Shown here piece by piece: positions 61,138 through 64,000 of a DNA stretch of 64,000 bases. The stretch is from Flavobacterium sp. (GTDB lineage Bacteria > Bacteroidota > Bacteroidia > Flavobacteriales > Flavobacteriaceae), in assembly GCA_014379405.1 (NCBI GenBank), contig JACMLU010000029.1, positions 30,409-94,408 on the forward strand, written 5' to 3'. Each line of letters begins with the position of its first letter. The stretch's first letter is position 1. The notes beneath the pieces were generated by a model. That model searched no databases and had not been told where the DNA came from. It saw nothing but the letters and a program-made list of their open reading frames with translations. The translations under genes and the position numbers were made by a program.

Positions 61138-62008
61138 ATTAGGAAGCTATTTAAATCTTCATTTAATTGTGTTTATTTGGGGATTCACAGCGGTTTTGGG
61201 TGCTTTAATATCCATAAATGCTGATGCTTTGGTTTGGTATCGAATGCTTTTTGCATCCGTTTTTTTATTCCTGTTTATTGTCTATAAAAAGAAATCATTC
61301 GTGGTACCGCCAAAGGAATTTGTCAAATTAATTTTTGTTGGATTATTAATAGCGATTCATTGGATATTTTTTTTTAAGGCCATACATATTTCTAATGTTT
61401 CCATCACCTTGGCTGTTTTTTCGTTGGGAGCTTTTTTTGCATCACTACTCGAACCTTTGTTTTACGGACGAAAAGTACTTTGGTACGAAGTATTCTTTGG
61501 ACTAGTAATTATTGCTGGACTAGGCATAATTTTGCAGGTCGAAATGAATTATTTCGAAGGGATGATGTACGCTTTGGTTTCTGTAATTATGGGCGTTTTG
61601 TTTACGCTTATGAACGGAAAATTAACAGAAAAACACGAATCTTCCGTTATTACTTTTTATGAATTCTTGGCAGGAGTTTTTTTTATTTCGATTTATTTTT
61701 TAATCCAAAATAAATTCAATGCCGACTTTTTTATGCTTACTGCCAATGATTGGATTTTATTGTTGATTCTGTCGTCGGTTTGTACGGCATATGCTTTTAC
61801 GGCTTCGGTAAAAGTAATGCGAATGCTTTCTCCATATACAATAATGCTTACCACAAGTTTGGAGCCAGTTTACGGAATTATTTTAGCCTATTTTATCCTT
61901 GGCGGAAAAGAAAAAATGAGCTTCGAGTTTTATATTGGAGCCCTACTCATTGTGCTGACAGTTATCCTGAATGGCATTGTGAAACACTATTTTGGAGATA
62001 AAGAATAA
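61124..62008 (+). CDS. DMT/EamA-family transporter
   Basis: IWGFT, ten TM pattern, LEPVYGI. Confidence 0.88.
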   Translation: MQKGKLGSYLNLHLIVFIWGFTAVLGALISINADALVWYRMLFASVFLFLFIVYKKKSFVVPPKEFVKLIFVGLLIAIHWIFFFKAIHISNVSITLAVFSLGAFFASLLEPLFYGRKVLWYEVFFGLVIIAGLGIILQVEMNYFEGMMYALVSVIMGVLFTLMNGKLTEKHESSVITFYEFLAGVFFISIYFLIQNKFNADFFMLTANDWILLLILSSVCTAYAFTASVKVMRMLSPYTIMLTTSLEPVYGIILAYFILGGKEKMSFEFYIGALLIVLTVILNGIVKHYFGDKE

Positions 62009-62125
62009 TGATTTTGAGAGCCTCTTTTTGTCAATTTATTTGCATTTAGATGGCAAATTAACCATTTTGATAATTTTAAATTTTATATTTGCATTTCAAA
62101 TCAGAACAAAAAAAGCACACACCCT

Positions 62126-63079
62126 ATGGAATATTTAGATTTTGAGCTTCCAATAAAAGAACTTGAAGACCAGTTAGACAAATGTGTAGTTATTGGTCAA
62201 GAATCAGACGTTGATGTGACAAACACTTGTAAACAAATCAACAAGAAACTGGAAGAAACCAAAAGGCATATTTATAAAAATCTTACCGCTTGGCAACGCG
62301 TACAATTGTCAAGACATCCAAATAGACCTTATACCTTAGATCATATCAAAGCACTGTGTGGCGACACTTTTCTAGAACTTCACGGCGATAGAGGGTTTAA
62401 AGACGACAAAGCGATGATTGGTGGTTTGGGAAAAATCGATGGACAATCGTTTATGATTATTGGCCAACAAAAGGGATTCAATACCAAAACACGTCAATAC
62501 AGAAATTTTGGAATGCCCAACCCAGAAGGGTACAGAAAAGCGTTGCGATTAATGAAAATGGCGGAGAAATTTGGGATTCCTGTTTTAACTCTTGTGGACA
62601 CACCTGGAGCTTTTCCTGGAATTGAAGCCGAAGAACGTGGACAAGGAGAAGCTATTGCCAGAAACATTATTGAAATGATTAGCTTGAAAGTGCCTATTAT
62701 CGTTGTTATCGTTGGTGAAGGTGCTTCTGGTGGTGCATTGGGAATTGGTGTTGGAGATCGCGTTTATATGATGGAAAACACTTGGTATTCCGTTATTTCT
62801 CCAGAATCATGTTCTTCTATTTTATGGAAAAGCTGGGATTACAAAGAACAAGCTGCCGAGGCTTTGAAATTGACTTCAGCCGATATGAAAAAACAAAAAT
62901 TAGTTGATGATATTATCCCGGAACCACTTGGTGGAGCTCACTACGATAGAGAAGCTGCATTCAAAACAGTGGAGCAATATATTATGAAAGGATTCAATGA
63001 GTTAAAAGACTTATCAACAGCTGATTTAGTTGCCCAAAGAATGGAGAAATACCTTGAAATGGGAGAGTATAAAGACTAA
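62126..63079 (+). CDS. accA: Acetyl-CoA carboxylase carboxyltransferase alpha
   Basis: [32 protein letters not shown]. Confidence 0.97.
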   Translation: MEYLDFELPIKELEDQLDKCVVIGQESDVDVTNTCKQINKKLEETKRHIYKNLTAWQRVQLSRHPNRPYTLDHIKALCGDTFLELHGDRGFKDDKAMIGGLGKIDGQSFMIIGQQKGFNTKTRQYRNFGMPNPEGYRKALRLMKMAEKFGIPVLTLVDTPGAFPGIEAEERGQGEAIARNIIEMISLKVPIIVVIVGEGASGGALGIGVGDRVYMMENTWYSVISPESCSSILWKSWDYKEQAAEALKLTSADMKKQKLVDDIIPEPLGGAHYDREAAFKTVEQYIMKGFNELKDLSTADLVAQRMEKYLEMGEYKD

Positions 63080-63100
63080 AAATCTTACGAATTATTAATT

Positions 63101-63132
63101 AATCCGAAGCCTTGCAGTTTCGGATTTTTTTT
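63101..63132 (+). terminator. Intrinsic terminator after accA
   Basis: aatccgaagc-cttgca-gtttcggatt followed by T tract. Confidence 0.75.
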
Positions 63133-63220
63133 GGGTTATCAACAAAAAAAGTTTGCTTATTAACAATTATTTCTAATAAGTCAATAGTAAATTTTTTTTA
63201 TTTTTAGTTACTTTCGCTCT

Positions 63221-64000
63221 ATGGAAAATGTCAAGAATATAAACCCAATTAGAATAGATAAAACAACCATTATCAACCTTGAAAAAGGCAAATTGCAACC
63301 TCAAGTTTTAGAGCTAGAAGAGGCTGTACTTGGCGCAATGATGATTGACAAGAAAGGTGTAGATGATGTAATTGATATTTTGCAAGCTGATGCTTTTTAT
63401 AAAGATTCCCATAAATATATTTTTGAGGCTATTGTTCAGCTCTTTACAGAAACGCAGCCTATTGACTTATTAACCGTTTCGGCCCAGCTCAAAAAAAATG
63501 GAAAATTAGAGCTTGCAGGAGGCGATTTTTATTTAATTCAACTGACACAGAAAATTTCGTCTTCGGCACACATTGAATTCCATTCTAGAATCATTCTTCA
63601 AAAGTTTATTCAACGTAGTTTGATTCGGATTTCTACTGAAATTATTGAAGATTCTTATGACGAAACAACCGATGTTTTTGATTTATTGGATAGAGCGGAA
63701 TCTAAACTGTACGAAGTTACTCAAGGAAACATCAAACGAAGTTCTGAAACTGCCCAAAGTTTAGTATTGCAAGCTAAAAAAAGAATTGAAGAAATTAGTA
63801 AGCAAGAGGGATTAAGTGGAGTGGAGACTGGTTTTACCAATCTAGACAAACTTACTTCTGGCTGGCAGCCGAGCGATTTAATTATCATTGCGGCAAGACC
63901 AGCGATGGGAAAAACAGCGTTCGTACTATCGATGGCCAGAAATATTGCTATCGATTATGGTCATCCTGTAGCGTTATTCTCGTTGGAGATGGCATCGGTG
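63221..64000 (+). CDS. dnaB: Replicative DNA helicase DnaB (5' part; runs off the window)
   Basis: Translated by eye: MENVKN..PQVLELEEAVLGAMMID..; ETGFTNLDKLTSGWQPSDLIIIAARPAMGKT; FSLEM. Confidence 0.93.
   Translation, partial: MENVKNINPIRIDKTTIINLEKGKLQPQVLELEEAVLGAMMIDKKGVDDVIDILQADAFYKDSHKYIFEAIVQLFTETQPIDLLTVSAQLKKNGKLELAGGDFYLIQLTQKISSSAHIEFHSRIILQKFIQRSLIRISTEIIEDSYDETTDVFDLLDRAESKLYEVTQGNIKRSSETAQSLVLQAKKRIEEISKQEGLSGVETGFTNLDKLTSGWQPSDLIIIAARPAMGKTAFVLSMARNIAIDYGHPVALFSLEMASV

Overview
AT-rich chromosomal window that looks like Flavobacteriaceae (probably Flavobacterium), judged from the gene repertoire and the recurrent Bacteroidota TAnnTTTG promoter element. It is mostly housekeeping: coaD, ddl, rluD-like, yaaA, a TetR-TolC-EmrA-EmrB efflux operon, murB, asnB, recF, ribH, mutL, rhomboids, lepB, dapB, parAB, a 4-gene polysaccharide block, lptB, tatC, recQ, tgt, accA and the 5' part of dnaB. 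I saw no rRNA, tRNA, CRISPR array or prophage. Two accessory structures stand out. (1) At 57.26-58.73 kb is an integron-like unit with no integrase: a Bacteroidota promoter, a direct/inverted-repeat attI-like site, a frameshifted low-GC HEPN (RxxxxH) gene and an attC-like hairpin, with the two cassette ends complementary at 15/16 bp. (2) At 11.1-12.1 kb is a lone Y1/HUH transposase (RAYT-like) embedded in 2.5 nested four-hairpin REPIN-like units, and its start codon lies inside a repeat unit. Smaller observations: an 18-bp palindrome present both in-frame in tolC and intergenically, about 10 intergenic 6-8-mer inverted microsatellite arrays, a nonsense-disrupted rhodanese-thioredoxin lipoprotein gene, and a small ORF bridging tetR and tolC. 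All product calls come from motif and family recognition by eye; no searches were run.
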